From Bacteroidaceae bacterium (GTDB lineage Bacteria > Bacillota > Clostridia > Oscillospirales > Acutalibacteraceae), in contig CAVAMJ010000013.1 in NCBI GenBank assembly GCA_963589785.1, positions 8 to 64,007 of the forward strand: a stretch of 64,000 nucleotides of DNA. The letters run 5' to 3'. Numbering within the stretch: position 1 is the first letter of the stretch; the number at the start of each line of letters is the position of its first letter. The notes under the pieces are model-generated. The model saw nothing but the letters and a program-made list of their open reading frames with translations. It was not told where the DNA came from and did not search any database. Positions 38,730-48,573 of the stretch are shown here, piece by piece. The position numbers were made by a program, and so were the translations under genes.

Positions 38730-40598
38730 ATGTTCAGTAAAGAGGTAGAAAAAGTACTGTTAAAGGTTCAGAAGCCCGGTCGATATGTAGGCGGTGAACT
38801 GAACTCTGTTATCAAGGATAAAAAAGATATTGATGTTCGTTTCGCATTTTGCTTTCCCGATACATATGAGATTGGAATGTCTCATTTGGGAATAAAAATT
38901 CTTTACAGTCAATTTAACGAGAGAGATTATATTTGGTGCGAAAGAGTTTTTGCCCCTTGGATTGATATGGAAGAGCAAATGAAAATCAACAATATTCCGT
39001 TATATGCTCTTGAAAGTGGAGATCCTTTAACGGAATTTGATTTCATTGGCTTTACACTTCAATACGAAATGAGCTTTACTAATGTTCTCAACATGTTAAA
39101 ACTTGCCGGTATACCTCTTTTGAGCAAAGACAGACACGATCTCAAAAATATAGTTGTAGGCGGAGGTCCTTGTGTTTGCAATCCTGAGCCGATTACAGAT
39201 TTCTTTGATATCTTTTTCCTTGGAGACGGAGAAGATGTTGACCTGGAAGTAATGGACCTTTACAGGGAATGCAAGAAAAATAATGCTTCCAAAATTGAGT
39301 TTTTGGAAAAAGCAGCGCAAATAGAAGGAGTTTATGTTCCGGCTTTTTACGATGTTGCTTATAATGAGGATGGTACAGTAAAATCTTACACACCTACGCA
39401 CGGTGCCCCGCAAAAGATAGTAAAAAGAAACTGCATGGATCTTGACCACACATATTATCCGGATAAATTTGTTGTGCCTTTTTTGGAGGTCGTTCATGAC
39501 AGAATATCTGTTGAAGTTTTAAGAGGATGTATTCGAGGATGCAGATTTTGTCAAGCTGGATTCATTTACAGACCTTATCGAGAGAAGAGTATCGAGACAA
39601 TTAACGAGCAATGCCGTTGCTTATGCGAATCAACAGGTTATGATGAGATTTCCCTTGCATCTTTAAGTACAAGTGACCATAGTAAGCTTAATGAACTTCT
39701 TGATTTATTGCACACATGGACAATTGATGCAAAAGTAAGTACTTCTCTTCCGTCACTGAGAGTTGACGGATTTTCTAAAGAACTTACAGATAAAATAGCC
39801 TCCATAAGAAAAAGCGGTTTAACTTTTGCACCTGAGGCAGGTTCTCAAAGAATGCGAGATGTTATAAACAAAAATGTAACCGAAGAAGAATTGATGAAAA
39901 CGGTTAACATCGCTTTCTCTAATGGGTGGAGCAAGGTCAAGCTTTATTTTATGATTGGTCTTCCAACTGAAACCATAGAGGATGTCGAAGAGATTACGCA
40001 TCTCGGACAAAGAGTAGTAGATGCATACTATGCAAATCCTGATAAGCCTCGTGGGGGAAAAGGAGTATCTGTTACAGTCAGTGCCGCCGCTTTTGTTCCA
40101 AAGCCTTTTACGCCGTTCCAATGGTTCGGACAGGATACAATAGATAGCTTCGAATATAAGCAAAAACGCATGAGAGAAGCTAATCGTTCTAAAAAGCTTG
40201 AAGTAAACTATCACGGTGCGGAAACAAGCTTCTTGGAAGCTGTATTTGCACGAGGAGACAGAAAGCTTAATAAAGTTATGCTCGAAGCATCCAATCGAGG
40301 ATTTAGATTTGACGGTTGGTCGGATTGCTTTTCGTTTGACGGCTGGATGAAAATTTTCGAAGACTTAGGAATAGATCCTGCTTTTTATGCCAATAGAACA
40401 AGAAGCTTTGATGAAGTTTTGCCATGGGATCATCTTGATTATAAAATTAGTAAAGAGTTTTTGATATCTGAATGTAAAAAGGCATACGAATCTTCAACAA
40501 CTCCGAATTGCCGCTTAAAATGTTCAAATTGCGGTGCAAATTATTTCAAAGGAGGCATATGCTTTGAAAAACATAAGAATATGGTTCAAAAAGACTGA
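38730..40598 (+). CDS. TIGR03960-type radical SAM protein (function unknown)
   Basis: 622 aa. CIRGCRFCQAG cluster. Collinear with the conserved B12-binding-like/radical-SAM family that is paired with TIGR03936. Confidence 0.8.
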   Translation: MFSKEVEKVLLKVQKPGRYVGGELNSVIKDKKDIDVRFAFCFPDTYEIGMSHLGIKILYSQFNERDYIWCERVFAPWIDMEEQMKINNIPLYALESGDPLTEFDFIGFTLQYEMSFTNVLNMLKLAGIPLLSKDRHDLKNIVVGGGPCVCNPEPITDFFDIFFLGDGEDVDLEVMDLYRECKKNNASKIEFLEKAAQIEGVYVPAFYDVAYNEDGTVKSYTPTHGAPQKIVKRNCMDLDHTYYPDKFVVPFLEVVHDRISVEVLRGCIRGCRFCQAGFIYRPYREKSIETINEQCRCLCESTGYDEISLASLSTSDHSKLNELLDLLHTWTIDAKVSTSLPSLRVDGFSKELTDKIASIRKSGLTFAPEAGSQRMRDVINKNVTEEELMKTVNIAFSNGWSKVKLYFMIGLPTETIEDVEEITHLGQRVVDAYYANPDKPRGGKGVSVTVSAAAFVPKPFTPFQWFGQDTIDSFEYKQKRMREANRSKKLEVNYHGAETSFLEAVFARGDRKLNKVMLEASNRGFRFDGWSDCFSFDGWMKIFEDLGIDPAFYANRTRSFDEVLPWDHLDYKISKEFLISECKKAYESSTTPNCRLKCSNCGANYFKGGICFEKHKNMVQKD

Positions 40599-41220
40599 TA
40601 CCGCAAAGTATATTTCTCATCTTGACTTAAGCAGATGCATGACAAGAGCTATACATAAAGCAAAGCTTCCTTTTTGGTATACACAGGGCTTTAACCCTCA
40701 TGTGTTTTTGACTATCACAATGCCGATTTCTTTGGGATATACAGGCTTAAGAGAGTCAATGGATGTCAAACTTGTAGAAGATGATTATCCGTTTGAGGAT
40801 ATTATTACCAAGCTTAATCAAGGTCTTCCTAAAGATGTACAGGTTTTTGATGTAACTGAGGTTATTATGAAACCGAGCGAAGTCAATTTCTCTGAGTATA
40901 TTGTGAGCATAGAATGTGAAAGCAGTGAAATTATGAAAAAAGAGTTCGAAGACCTGCTTTCCGCTGAAACACTTATAACCGAAAAGAAAACCAAAAAGGG
41001 CATCAAAGAGATTGATATTAAACCGGAATTTCAAAAGAATCATTTTGATTGTTCCGACAGTCATAAACTTCAAATCAAAATGATTCTTTTGAGCAGTAAT
41101 TCCGGCTCGATTAACCCTAAGCTTTTATTTGATATATATAGTGATAAATATTCCCATGAAATCTACCCGGAAGTGACAAGAATTAATTGTTACAATAAAA
41201 ACATGGAAGAATTTGTTTAA
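40564..41220 (+). CDS. TIGR03936/DUF2344 radical-SAM-associated protein
   Basis: A TTG at 40564 with an AAGGAGG RBS gives (M)KNIRIWFKKTDTAKYISHLDL..., the typical DUF2344 N-terminus. Confidence 0.75.
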   Translation: MKNIRIWFKKTDTAKYISHLDLSRCMTRAIHKAKLPFWYTQGFNPHVFLTITMPISLGYTGLRESMDVKLVEDDYPFEDIITKLNQGLPKDVQVFDVTEVIMKPSEVNFSEYIVSIECESSEIMKKEFEDLLSAETLITEKKTKKGIKEIDIKPEFQKNHFDCSDSHKLQIKMILLSSNSGSINPKLLFDIYSDKYSHEIYPEVTRINCYNKNMEEFV

Positions 41221-41226
41221 AATTGC

Positions 41227-41255
41227 TTGCATTATTTATTTTTTTGTGATATTAT
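41227..41255 (+). promoter_or_regulatory. sigma-A promoter (extended -10) for rplS
   Basis: TTGCAT, a 17-nt spacer, then (TGa)TATTAT. Confidence 0.6.
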
Positions 41256-41261
41256 CTTAGA

Positions 41262-41387
41262 GCATTTGAAATCCGTCAGCTCCTCAAATACTGCTGATGG
41301 GATTCATAATTCGACAATGTCGGAATATTGAAACTGACAGTCCTCTGCTTTTGCAAGAATGTCAAGAAAATTTGGAGGAAGAATCAA
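41262..41387 (+). promoter_or_regulatory. structured 5' leader of rplS (possible L19 autoregulatory leader)
   Basis: A leader of about 130 nt with hairpins ccgtcagc/gctgatgg and tcgaca/tgtcgg directly upstream of the rplS RBS. Confidence 0.4.
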
Positions 41388-41732
41388 ATGGACGCATTAA
41401 AACTTATTGCACAGGATTCTGTTAAGACAGAGATCCCACAGTTCAACATCGGTGATACAATTCGTATCGGTGTTAACATCCGCGAGGGTGACAAGGAAAG
41501 AATTCAGTACTTCGAGGGAACAGTTATTGCTCGCAAGGGTTCCGGAGTTGCTGAGACATTCACAGTTCGCCGTGTTTCTTACGGTGTTGGCGTTGAGAGA
41601 GTTTTCCCAATTCACTCACCAAACGTTAAGGATGTTACAATCATACGTAGAGGTAAAGTCCGCAGAGCTAAGCTTTATTATCTCCGTAACAGAGTTGGTA
41701 AGGCAGCAAAGGTTAAAGAGCAGATTAAATAA
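41388..41732 (+). CDS. rplS: 50S ribosomal protein L19
   Basis: [44 protein letters not shown]. Confidence 0.95.
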   Translation: MDALKLIAQDSVKTEIPQFNIGDTIRIGVNIREGDKERIQYFEGTVIARKGSGVAETFTVRRVSYGVGVERVFPIHSPNVKDVTIIRRGKVRRAKLYYLRNRVGKAAKVKEQIK

Positions 41733-41746
41733 TTTGATTTTTGGCT

Positions 41747-41772
41747 AAAGGGACATTCTTTGTCCCTTTTTT
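41747..41772 (+). terminator. rho-independent terminator after rplS
   Basis: Hairpin aaagggaca / tgtcccttt plus a T-run. Confidence 0.75.
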
Positions 41773-41792
41773 GCTATTCAAAAGTATAAAAT

Positions 41793-42338
41793 ATGGAAAA
41801 CGAAAAAAATATTTCAAAAGATATATTCGAATGGCTTGAGGAATTAGCGATTGCTATTATGTTGATAGTTGTCTTATTCTCGTTTTTGTTCAGAGTGATA
41901 ACTGTCAGCGGAGAGTCAATGTTCGATAATTACTATGACGGCGACAGGCTTATAGTCACAACCTTAACCGGTGAGATTGAACAAGGCGATGTTGTGGTAA
42001 TTATAGATGCATTGGAAAAGCCGATCATCAAGCGTGTTATCGCGACAGAAGGTCAAACGGTTGATATAGATAATTCGACAGGAACTGTTTATGTAGACGG
42101 CGAAGAGTTAGATAACACACAGTTTGATGTAGAAAACGGAATAACTTATACCAGCGATCAAGATGCTTCAAGATTTCCTCTGACGGTTCCCGAAGGTTGC
42201 GTTTTCGTATTAGGTGATAACCGAGTGGTTTCTCTTGACAGCCGATATGCAGAGGTTGGTACGATTCCGACCGAGAAGATACTTGGAAAATCTATAGTTC
42301 GTATATATCCTTTTTCGAGAATCGGAACAACAAAGTGA
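41793..42338 (+). CDS. lepB: signal peptidase I
   Basis: VSGESM...IKRVIA..G...GDNRVVSLDSRY. Confidence 0.9.
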   Translation: MENEKNISKDIFEWLEELAIAIMLIVVLFSFLFRVITVSGESMFDNYYDGDRLIVTTLTGEIEQGDVVVIIDALEKPIIKRVIATEGQTVDIDNSTGTVYVDGEELDNTQFDVENGITYTSDQDASRFPLTVPEGCVFVLGDNRVVSLDSRYAEVGTIPTEKILGKSIVRIYPFSRIGTTK

Positions 42339-42353
42339 TAAGGAATTAATATT

Positions 42354-43226
42354 ATGAGTGAAGCTCAGTATATACAGTGGTTTCCCGGTCATATGACCAG
42401 AACAAGGCGTCAAATAGAAAAAAGTCTGAAGCAAGTAGATATTGTTGCTGAAATAATTGATGCCAGAATACCTGTCAGTAGCAGAAACCCTGTTTTAAAA
42501 TCTATCATCAATAATAAGCCGAAAATTATTTTGATGAACAAGTGTGACATTGCCGATAAGCGTTGCACAAATGAATGGATAGCTTATTTTAAAAGCAAAA
42601 ATATTACTGCACTTCCGATTGACTGCAAAAGCGGAAAGGGCTTAAAAGCCATACTTCCCGCATGTAAAGAGGTTCTATCGGAGCAAATTGCCGCATGGAA
42701 CAGAAAAGGCATGGTCGGCAGACCAATCAGAATTATGATTGTAGGTATACCGAATGTCGGCAAATCGTCTCTGATAAACAGAATGTGCTTGAGCGGAAAA
42801 AACGGTAAAGCAGAAGTTCAGGACAGACCCGGTGTCACAAGAGAGAACCGCTGGTTCACTATCGGAAAGGGCTTTGAACTGCTCGATACTCCAGGTGTAC
42901 TGTGGCCTAAATTTGACGATAAAACCGTAGGTGAACATCTTGCGTTTACCGGTGCAGTAAAGGATGAAGTTGTTGATGTCGAAGCTTTGGCATCAAGATT
43001 ACTCGAAACCATTGCCAAGCTCTATCCGGATGCTATAAACACACGTTACAAAACTAATATTGAGAATATAGCCGAAATGGAAGGTTATGAAATATTAAAG
43101 GCTATAGGAAAGAAGCGCGGAATGCTTGTTTCAGGTGGCGAGATTAACACAGAGAGAGCGGCGATAGCTGTTCTTGATGAATTCCGATCTGCTAAACTCG
43201 GATATATAACGCTTGAACAATTATAA
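42354..43226 (+). CDS. rbgA: ribosome biogenesis GTPase YlqF/RbgA
   Basis: IQWFPGHM...NKCDI...GIPNVGKSSLIN...DTPG (circularly permuted GTPase). Confidence 0.9.
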   Translation: MSEAQYIQWFPGHMTRTRRQIEKSLKQVDIVAEIIDARIPVSSRNPVLKSIINNKPKIILMNKCDIADKRCTNEWIAYFKSKNITALPIDCKSGKGLKAILPACKEVLSEQIAAWNRKGMVGRPIRIMIVGIPNVGKSSLINRMCLSGKNGKAEVQDRPGVTRENRWFTIGKGFELLDTPGVLWPKFDDKTVGEHLAFTGAVKDEVVDVEALASRLLETIAKLYPDAINTRYKTNIENIAEMEGYEILKAIGKKRGMLVSGGEINTERAAIAVLDEFRSAKLGYITLEQL

Positions 43227-43237
43227 GGGTGTTTTAT

Positions 43238-43840
43238 ATGACATACGAATACGAGAATTCTGCATTAGATAAAGGCTATGAATATGTCTGCGGAATCGAT
43301 GAGGCAGGCAGGGGACCACTTGCAGGCCCTGTTTATGCAGCTGCCGTAATCCTTCCAAACGGAATTGTTATCGAAGGACTAAACGATTCCAAAAAGCTAA
43401 CCGAAAAAAAAAGAGAGAAGTTGTTCGATGTAATAATTGAAAATGCAGTAGCTTATGGTATCGGCTCAGCTTCCGAGAAAGAGATTGACGAGATTAATAT
43501 TTTACAGGCTACATTTCTTGCTATGAGAAGAGCAGTCGAAAATATGAAAATCTCCCCAAATTATGCATTTGTTGACGGCAATCGTGATCCTATGCTTGAC
43601 ATCCCCACTGAAACTGTGGTAAAAGGAGATGCAAAGGTTCCGTCTATCGCAGCGGCTTCAATACTTGCAAAGGTTTCAAGAGACAGAGTCATGTATGAAA
43701 TGGATGAGAAATATCCACAATACAGCTTTGCTAAACACAAGGGATATGGAACTAAGGTACATGTTGAAGCCTTAAAGAAATACGGGCCTTGTGAGATACA
43801 CAGAAAAACTTTTCTCAAGAAAATTCTTAATGAGGATTAA
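43238..43840 (+). CDS. rnhB: ribonuclease HII
   Basis: GIDEAGRGPLAGPV...DSKKL. Alternative GTG start at 43229. Confidence 0.9.
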   Translation: MTYEYENSALDKGYEYVCGIDEAGRGPLAGPVYAAAVILPNGIVIEGLNDSKKLTEKKREKLFDVIIENAVAYGIGSASEKEIDEINILQATFLAMRRAVENMKISPNYAFVDGNRDPMLDIPTETVVKGDAKVPSIAAASILAKVSRDRVMYEMDEKYPQYSFAKHKGYGTKVHVEALKKYGPCEIHRKTFLKKILNED

Positions 43841-43842
43841 AT

Positions 43843-44202
43843 ATGCCTGACAATTCAACAGGTAAAATAGCCGAAGACTTCACTTCAGATTATCTTGTAA
43901 AGCACGGCTATGAAATAGTTGCAAGAAATTACCACAGCAGATTTGGTGAAATTGACATAATAGCCAAGGACAAAGATTTTATAGTTTTTGTAGAAGTAAA
44001 AGCAAGAAAGAAAAACGGACTTACTAATCCTTTGGAGGCTGTAACAAAATCTAAACAAGTTAAAATTATCAAAACAGCCCAGTTATTTTTGTTACAAAAC
44101 TTTTTTGATTTACAGCCACGATTTGATGTTGCCGCTGTTCATACAGTAGACAAGCAAATAGAGTCTATCGATTATATTAGATCTGCCTTCGGGCTTAACT
44201 GA
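43843..44202 (+). CDS. YraN family (UPF0102) endonuclease-like protein
   Basis: GKIAEDFTSDYLVKHGYEIVARNY.SRFGEIDIIAKD...VFVEVKAR. Confidence 0.85.
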   Translation: MPDNSTGKIAEDFTSDYLVKHGYEIVARNYHSRFGEIDIIAKDKDFIVFVEVKARKKNGLTNPLEAVTKSKQVKIIKTAQLFLLQNFFDLQPRFDVAAVHTVDKQIESIDYIRSAFGLN

Positions 44203-44238
44203 AACTTAATAAGCATATATTACCAGGAGGTATCAGCC

Positions 44239-45741
44239 ATGTTATACAAAAGCACAAGAAACGACAAACTTAAAGTAACTGCTTCCCAGGCTATTTCTCA
44301 GGGAATTTCTGAGGAAGGCGGTCTTTTTGTACCTGATGTGATTCCGTCAATCAAAGATGATTTGTCTCGTTTAGCAGAGATGGATTATTACGGAAGAGCA
44401 AAGGAAATATTGAAGCTTTATCTTTCCGATTTTTCAGAGGAAGAGATTACTTATTGCGTTGATAACGCATATGCACCTGAGAAATTTGAGAATTCAGAGC
44501 CTATAAAGATGGTTAAAATTTGTGACGGTGCAAAAAGCATTTATTCCTTGGAATTGTGGCACGGTCCTACTTGTGCATTCAAAGATATGGCACTTCAGAT
44601 TCTCCCTTATCTTTTGACAACATCTTTAAAGAAGAATTATGACGGAAAAACAGCCGTCATCCTTGTTGCTACATCAGGAGATACAGGTAAAGCGGCATTA
44701 GAAGGATTTAAAGATGTTGAAAACACAAAAATCATGGTTTTCTATCCTGATAATGGCGTAAGTGCTATGCAGTTAAGACAGATGATTACTCAGGAAGGCG
44801 AAAATGTTTGTGTTTGCGCTGTTAAGGGTAACTTTGATGACTGTCAGACTCAGGTAAAAAAGATTTTCACCAATAAAGAAATTAAGCAGAAGCTTGCTGA
44901 CAATTCAATGATGTTCTCCAGTGCTAATTCAATTAACTGGGGAAGACTTTTGCCTCAGGTAATTTATTATGTTTCTTCATATTTGGATCTATATAAAAAC
45001 GGCGAGATTGAATCCCTTTCGTCTCCAGTAAATGTAGTAGTTCCTACCGGCAACTTTGGTAACATTCTTGCAGCATATTATGCAAAAAGAATGGGAATTA
45101 ATATATCAAAGTTTATCTGTGCATCTAATTCAAATAATGTTTTAACAGATTTCATTAAAACAGGTAAGTATGATGTCAACAGATCATTCTACACAACAAT
45201 TTCTCCTTCAATGGATATTCTTGTTTCATCAAACCTTGAGAGACTTCTTTATCATTTGAGCGGCGAGAATTCTGAGCTTGTCAATGATCTTATGAAATCA
45301 TTAGCTACTGACGGAGTTTACACCGTCCCTGAGAACTTGAAGAATGAAATTCAAAGTTTATTCGCTGCAGGTTGCTGTGACGATGAACAAACAAAGCAGA
45401 CAATTGATACTTACTATTCAAAATTCAATTATCTGATGGATACTCATACCGCTGTCGCGTTTAAAGCTTATAACGATTATTTTGATGCCACAAACGACGA
45501 GACTCCGGTTATCATAGCTTCAACAGCAAGTGCTTATAAGTTCTCACCAAGCGTACTTGGTGCACTTGGACACGATGTTCCAAGTGATGACTATGCTTGT
45601 GTAGAGGCGCTTTCCGAGGGAACTGGAACCGAAGCACCATTACCGCTAATGAATCTAAAAAATAAAGAAGTTAGATTCGATAACAGCTGTGACAAAGATA
45701 CCATAAAGGATTTTGTTCTCACAAAGCTTGGTTTAAACTGA
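44239..45741 (+). CDS. thrC: threonine synthase (long form)
   Basis: LWHGPTCAFKDMALQ (PLP lysine) and SGDTGKAA. 500 aa. Confidence 0.9.
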   Translation: MLYKSTRNDKLKVTASQAISQGISEEGGLFVPDVIPSIKDDLSRLAEMDYYGRAKEILKLYLSDFSEEEITYCVDNAYAPEKFENSEPIKMVKICDGAKSIYSLELWHGPTCAFKDMALQILPYLLTTSLKKNYDGKTAVILVATSGDTGKAALEGFKDVENTKIMVFYPDNGVSAMQLRQMITQEGENVCVCAVKGNFDDCQTQVKKIFTNKEIKQKLADNSMMFSSANSINWGRLLPQVIYYVSSYLDLYKNGEIESLSSPVNVVVPTGNFGNILAAYYAKRMGINISKFICASNSNNVLTDFIKTGKYDVNRSFYTTISPSMDILVSSNLERLLYHLSGENSELVNDLMKSLATDGVYTVPENLKNEIQSLFAAGCCDDEQTKQTIDTYYSKFNYLMDTHTAVAFKAYNDYFDATNDETPVIIASTASAYKFSPSVLGALGHDVPSDDYACVEALSEGTGTEAPLPLMNLKNKEVRFDNSCDKDTIKDFVLTKLGLN

Positions 45742-45744
45742 TTT

Positions 45745-46440
45745 ATGGCAATTTACGCAATTGCGGATTTGCATCTCTCACTTGGCACAAATAAACCTAT
45801 GGATGTTTTTAAAGGTTGGCATAATTATGTAAGTCGACTTGAAGAAAACTGGAGACGCTTGGTAAAGGAAGATGACACAATAGTAATCGCCGGGGATATT
45901 TCTTGGGCTATGAAGTTGGAAGAAACCGAAAAGGATTTCAGCTTTATTCACTCATTACCGGGGAAAAAACTCTTTTTAAAGGGTAATCATGACTATTGGT
46001 GGTCAACTAAGGCGAAAATAAATACTTATCTTGACAAAATGGGATTTGATGATATTTCGATTGTTTTCAATTCTTCATCACAAGTTGGCGAGTATGGTAT
46101 TTGTGGAACAAGAGGATGGATGTACAATTCCGAAAGTGACGAAGATAAAAAAATCGTCAACCGTGAGGTAGGCAGACTCAAAGCCTCCATCGAAGACTGT
46201 TTAAGTAAAAGTCTAAAACCAATAGTGTTTCTTCATTATCCTCCCGTATATGACATTTATTCGTGCCAAGAAATTCTTGGAGTTTTAAAAGAATATAATA
46301 TTGATGAATGTTATTTCGGGCATATTCACGGAACACAGGCCGCAAAAAAAGCAATTACAGGGGAATACGAATCGATTAAAATGCATCTAATATCATGTGA
46401 TTACCTCGATTTCTGCCCTTTACTGATTAAAAAAGAATAA
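45745..46440 (+). CDS. metallophosphoesterase family protein
   Basis: IADLHL...GDIS...GNHDYW...HYPP...GHIHG motifs. Confidence 0.85.
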   Translation: MAIYAIADLHLSLGTNKPMDVFKGWHNYVSRLEENWRRLVKEDDTIVIAGDISWAMKLEETEKDFSFIHSLPGKKLFLKGNHDYWWSTKAKINTYLDKMGFDDISIVFNSSSQVGEYGICGTRGWMYNSESDEDKKIVNREVGRLKASIEDCLSKSLKPIVFLHYPPVYDIYSCQEILGVLKEYNIDECYFGHIHGTQAAKKAITGEYESIKMHLISCDYLDFCPLLIKKE

Positions 46441-46584
46441 ATTGTAAATTTTGCGGTAATATTGAAAAAAATATAATTTTTAGTGGAAAAGTTGTTTTCA
46501 CTGTGTTATAATACTAACTGCTGTTAACACAGCATAATGAGACGTGTATTTCATGTAAATACATATTGAAAGGAAAAGTAGAAA

Positions 46585-47874
46585 ATGAATCTTAAATCAA
46601 CAACTAAAGTAGACACAAATAAATACGAGCTTGAGATTGAGGTACCTGCAGACGATTTTAACGCTGCTGTAAATGCTGCATATCGCAAGGAAGTTAAAAA
46701 CATAAATGTTCCCGGCTTTAGAAAAGGTAAGGCTCCTAAGGCTGTTTGCGAGAAGATGTACGGCGAAGGTATTTTCTTCGAGACAGCTGTTGACAATCTT
46801 TACAGACCAAGCGTAATTGCCGCTATCGATGCAAGTGAGCTCGATGTTGTTGCTGTTACAGATATGGACGTAGTTGAGACAAGCAAAGAGAACGGCTTCA
46901 TCTTCAAGCAGACTGTTATTGTTAAGCCTGAGGTAAGCATTGACGGTTACAAGGGCATCGAGGTAACTAAGCATGTTGCTCCTGTCACAGACGAGGATGT
47001 TGACAACGAGATCAAGAAGGTTCAGGACAGAAATTCCAGAATGGTAAACGTTGAGGATCGTGCAGCTTATACAGGCGATACAGCTGTTATTGATTTTGAG
47101 GGATTTGTTGACGGCGTTGCATTCGAGGGCGGCAAGGCTGAGAACTACGAGCTTTCACTTGGTGCAGGTCAGTTTATTCCTGGCTTTGAGGATCAAATTG
47201 TCGGTCATGAGATTGGCGAAGAATTTGATATAAACGTTACATTCCCTGAGGATTATCAGGCTGAGGACCTTAAGGGCAAAGAGGCTGTATTTAAGATTAA
47301 GCTTCACGAGCTCAAGGCGAAGGAGCTTCCTGAGATTGACGATGAGTTTGTTAAGGATGTTTCTGATTTTGATACACTCGATGAGTACAAGGCAAGCGTA
47401 AGGGCTGATCTTGAGAAGAACAGAGAAGACGCTGCTAAGGCTGAGGTCGACAACCAGATCATCAATACTCTTATCGAGAAGCTCGAGGCTGAGATTCCTG
47501 AGCAGATGTATGAGAACGAGATCGACGAAAGCGTAAACAACTTTGCATATCGTCTCCAGTCTCAGGGTCTTGACATTCAGACATATCTCAAGTATACAGG
47601 TCTCACAGCTGAGACAATCCGTGAGCAGTTCAAGGATCAGGCTGAGAGAAATGTTAAGGTTAGACTTGCTCTCGAGAAGATTGTTACTCTTGAGGGAATC
47701 GAGGCTTCCGATGAGGATGTTGAGAACGAGTACAACAAGCTCGCTGAGACCTATGAGATGAAGGTTGAAGAGGTTAAGAGTGTTGTTGATGCTAAGCAGC
47801 TCAAGGCTGATATTACAAATGAAAAGGCAGTAACATTTGTCAGAGACAATGCTGTTATCAAGACAGAAGAATAA
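46585..47874 (+). CDS. tig: trigger factor
   Basis: 429 aa. VPGFRKGKAP ribosome-binding motif plus an FKBP-type PPIase core. Confidence 0.95.
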   Translation: MNLKSTTKVDTNKYELEIEVPADDFNAAVNAAYRKEVKNINVPGFRKGKAPKAVCEKMYGEGIFFETAVDNLYRPSVIAAIDASELDVVAVTDMDVVETSKENGFIFKQTVIVKPEVSIDGYKGIEVTKHVAPVTDEDVDNEIKKVQDRNSRMVNVEDRAAYTGDTAVIDFEGFVDGVAFEGGKAENYELSLGAGQFIPGFEDQIVGHEIGEEFDINVTFPEDYQAEDLKGKEAVFKIKLHELKAKELPEIDDEFVKDVSDFDTLDEYKASVRADLEKNREDAAKAEVDNQIINTLIEKLEAEIPEQMYENEIDESVNNFAYRLQSQGLDIQTYLKYTGLTAETIREQFKDQAERNVKVRLALEKIVTLEGIEASDEDVENEYNKLAETYEMKVEEVKSVVDAKQLKADITNEKAVTFVRDNAVIKTEE

Positions 47875-47892
47875 TTTATTGATATAAACTTT

Positions 47893-47936
47893 AGACAGAT
47901 GCCAATTGCAACCAAATGCGATTGGCTATGTCTTTA
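47893..47936 (+). terminator. imperfect hairpin between tig and clpP (possible partial terminator)
   Basis: Hairpin agaca..gccaattgca / tgcgattggc..tgtct followed by ttt. Confidence 0.4.
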
Positions 47937-47970
47937 TCACAAGCAATTATTATTGCGGAAGGAGTTAGCT

Positions 47971-48552
47971 ATGAGTTTAGTACCATATGTTGTTGAACAG
48001 ACAAGTAGAGGAGAAAGATCTTACGATATTTTCTCGAGATTATTAAATGACAGAATAATTATGCTTAATGAAGAAGTTAATAACGCTTCAGCAAGCGTCG
48101 TATGTGCACAGCTTCTGTACCTTGAAGGTCAGGATCCAGAGAAAGATATTTGTCTTTACATCAACAGCCCAGGCGGAGTCATTACAGCCGGTATGGCAAT
48201 TTATGATACAATGCAGTATATAAAGTGTGATGTTTCTACTATATGCATGGGTATGGCAGCAAGCATGGGAGCTTTTCTACTTGCAGCCGGTGCAAAGGGA
48301 AAGAGAATTGCTCTTCCAAACAGTGAGATCATGATTCACCAGCCAAGTGGCGGAGCACAGGGCCAGGCTACTGATATCCAGATTCAGGCTGAACACATTT
48401 TAGCTATAAAGAAAAGATTAAACAACATCCTTTCTGAGAAAACAGGTCAGTCATATGAAACAATAGCACGTGACACAGAGCGTGATAATTGGATGACAGC
48501 TCAGGAAGCACTTGATTACGGTTTGATTGATAAAATAATCGAAAAACGTTAA
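47971..48552 (+). CDS. clpP: ATP-dependent Clp protease proteolytic subunit
   Basis: [22 protein letters not shown]...[11 protein letters not shown]...IMIHQP. Confidence 0.95.
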   Translation: MSLVPYVVEQTSRGERSYDIFSRLLNDRIIMLNEEVNNASASVVCAQLLYLEGQDPEKDICLYINSPGGVITAGMAIYDTMQYIKCDVSTICMGMAASMGAFLLAAGAKGKRIALPNSEIMIHQPSGGAQGQATDIQIQAEHILAIKKRLNNILSEKTGQSYETIARDTERDNWMTAQEALDYGLIDKIIEKR

Positions 48553-48573
48553 TTTAAAAGGAAAAACTTTTTG

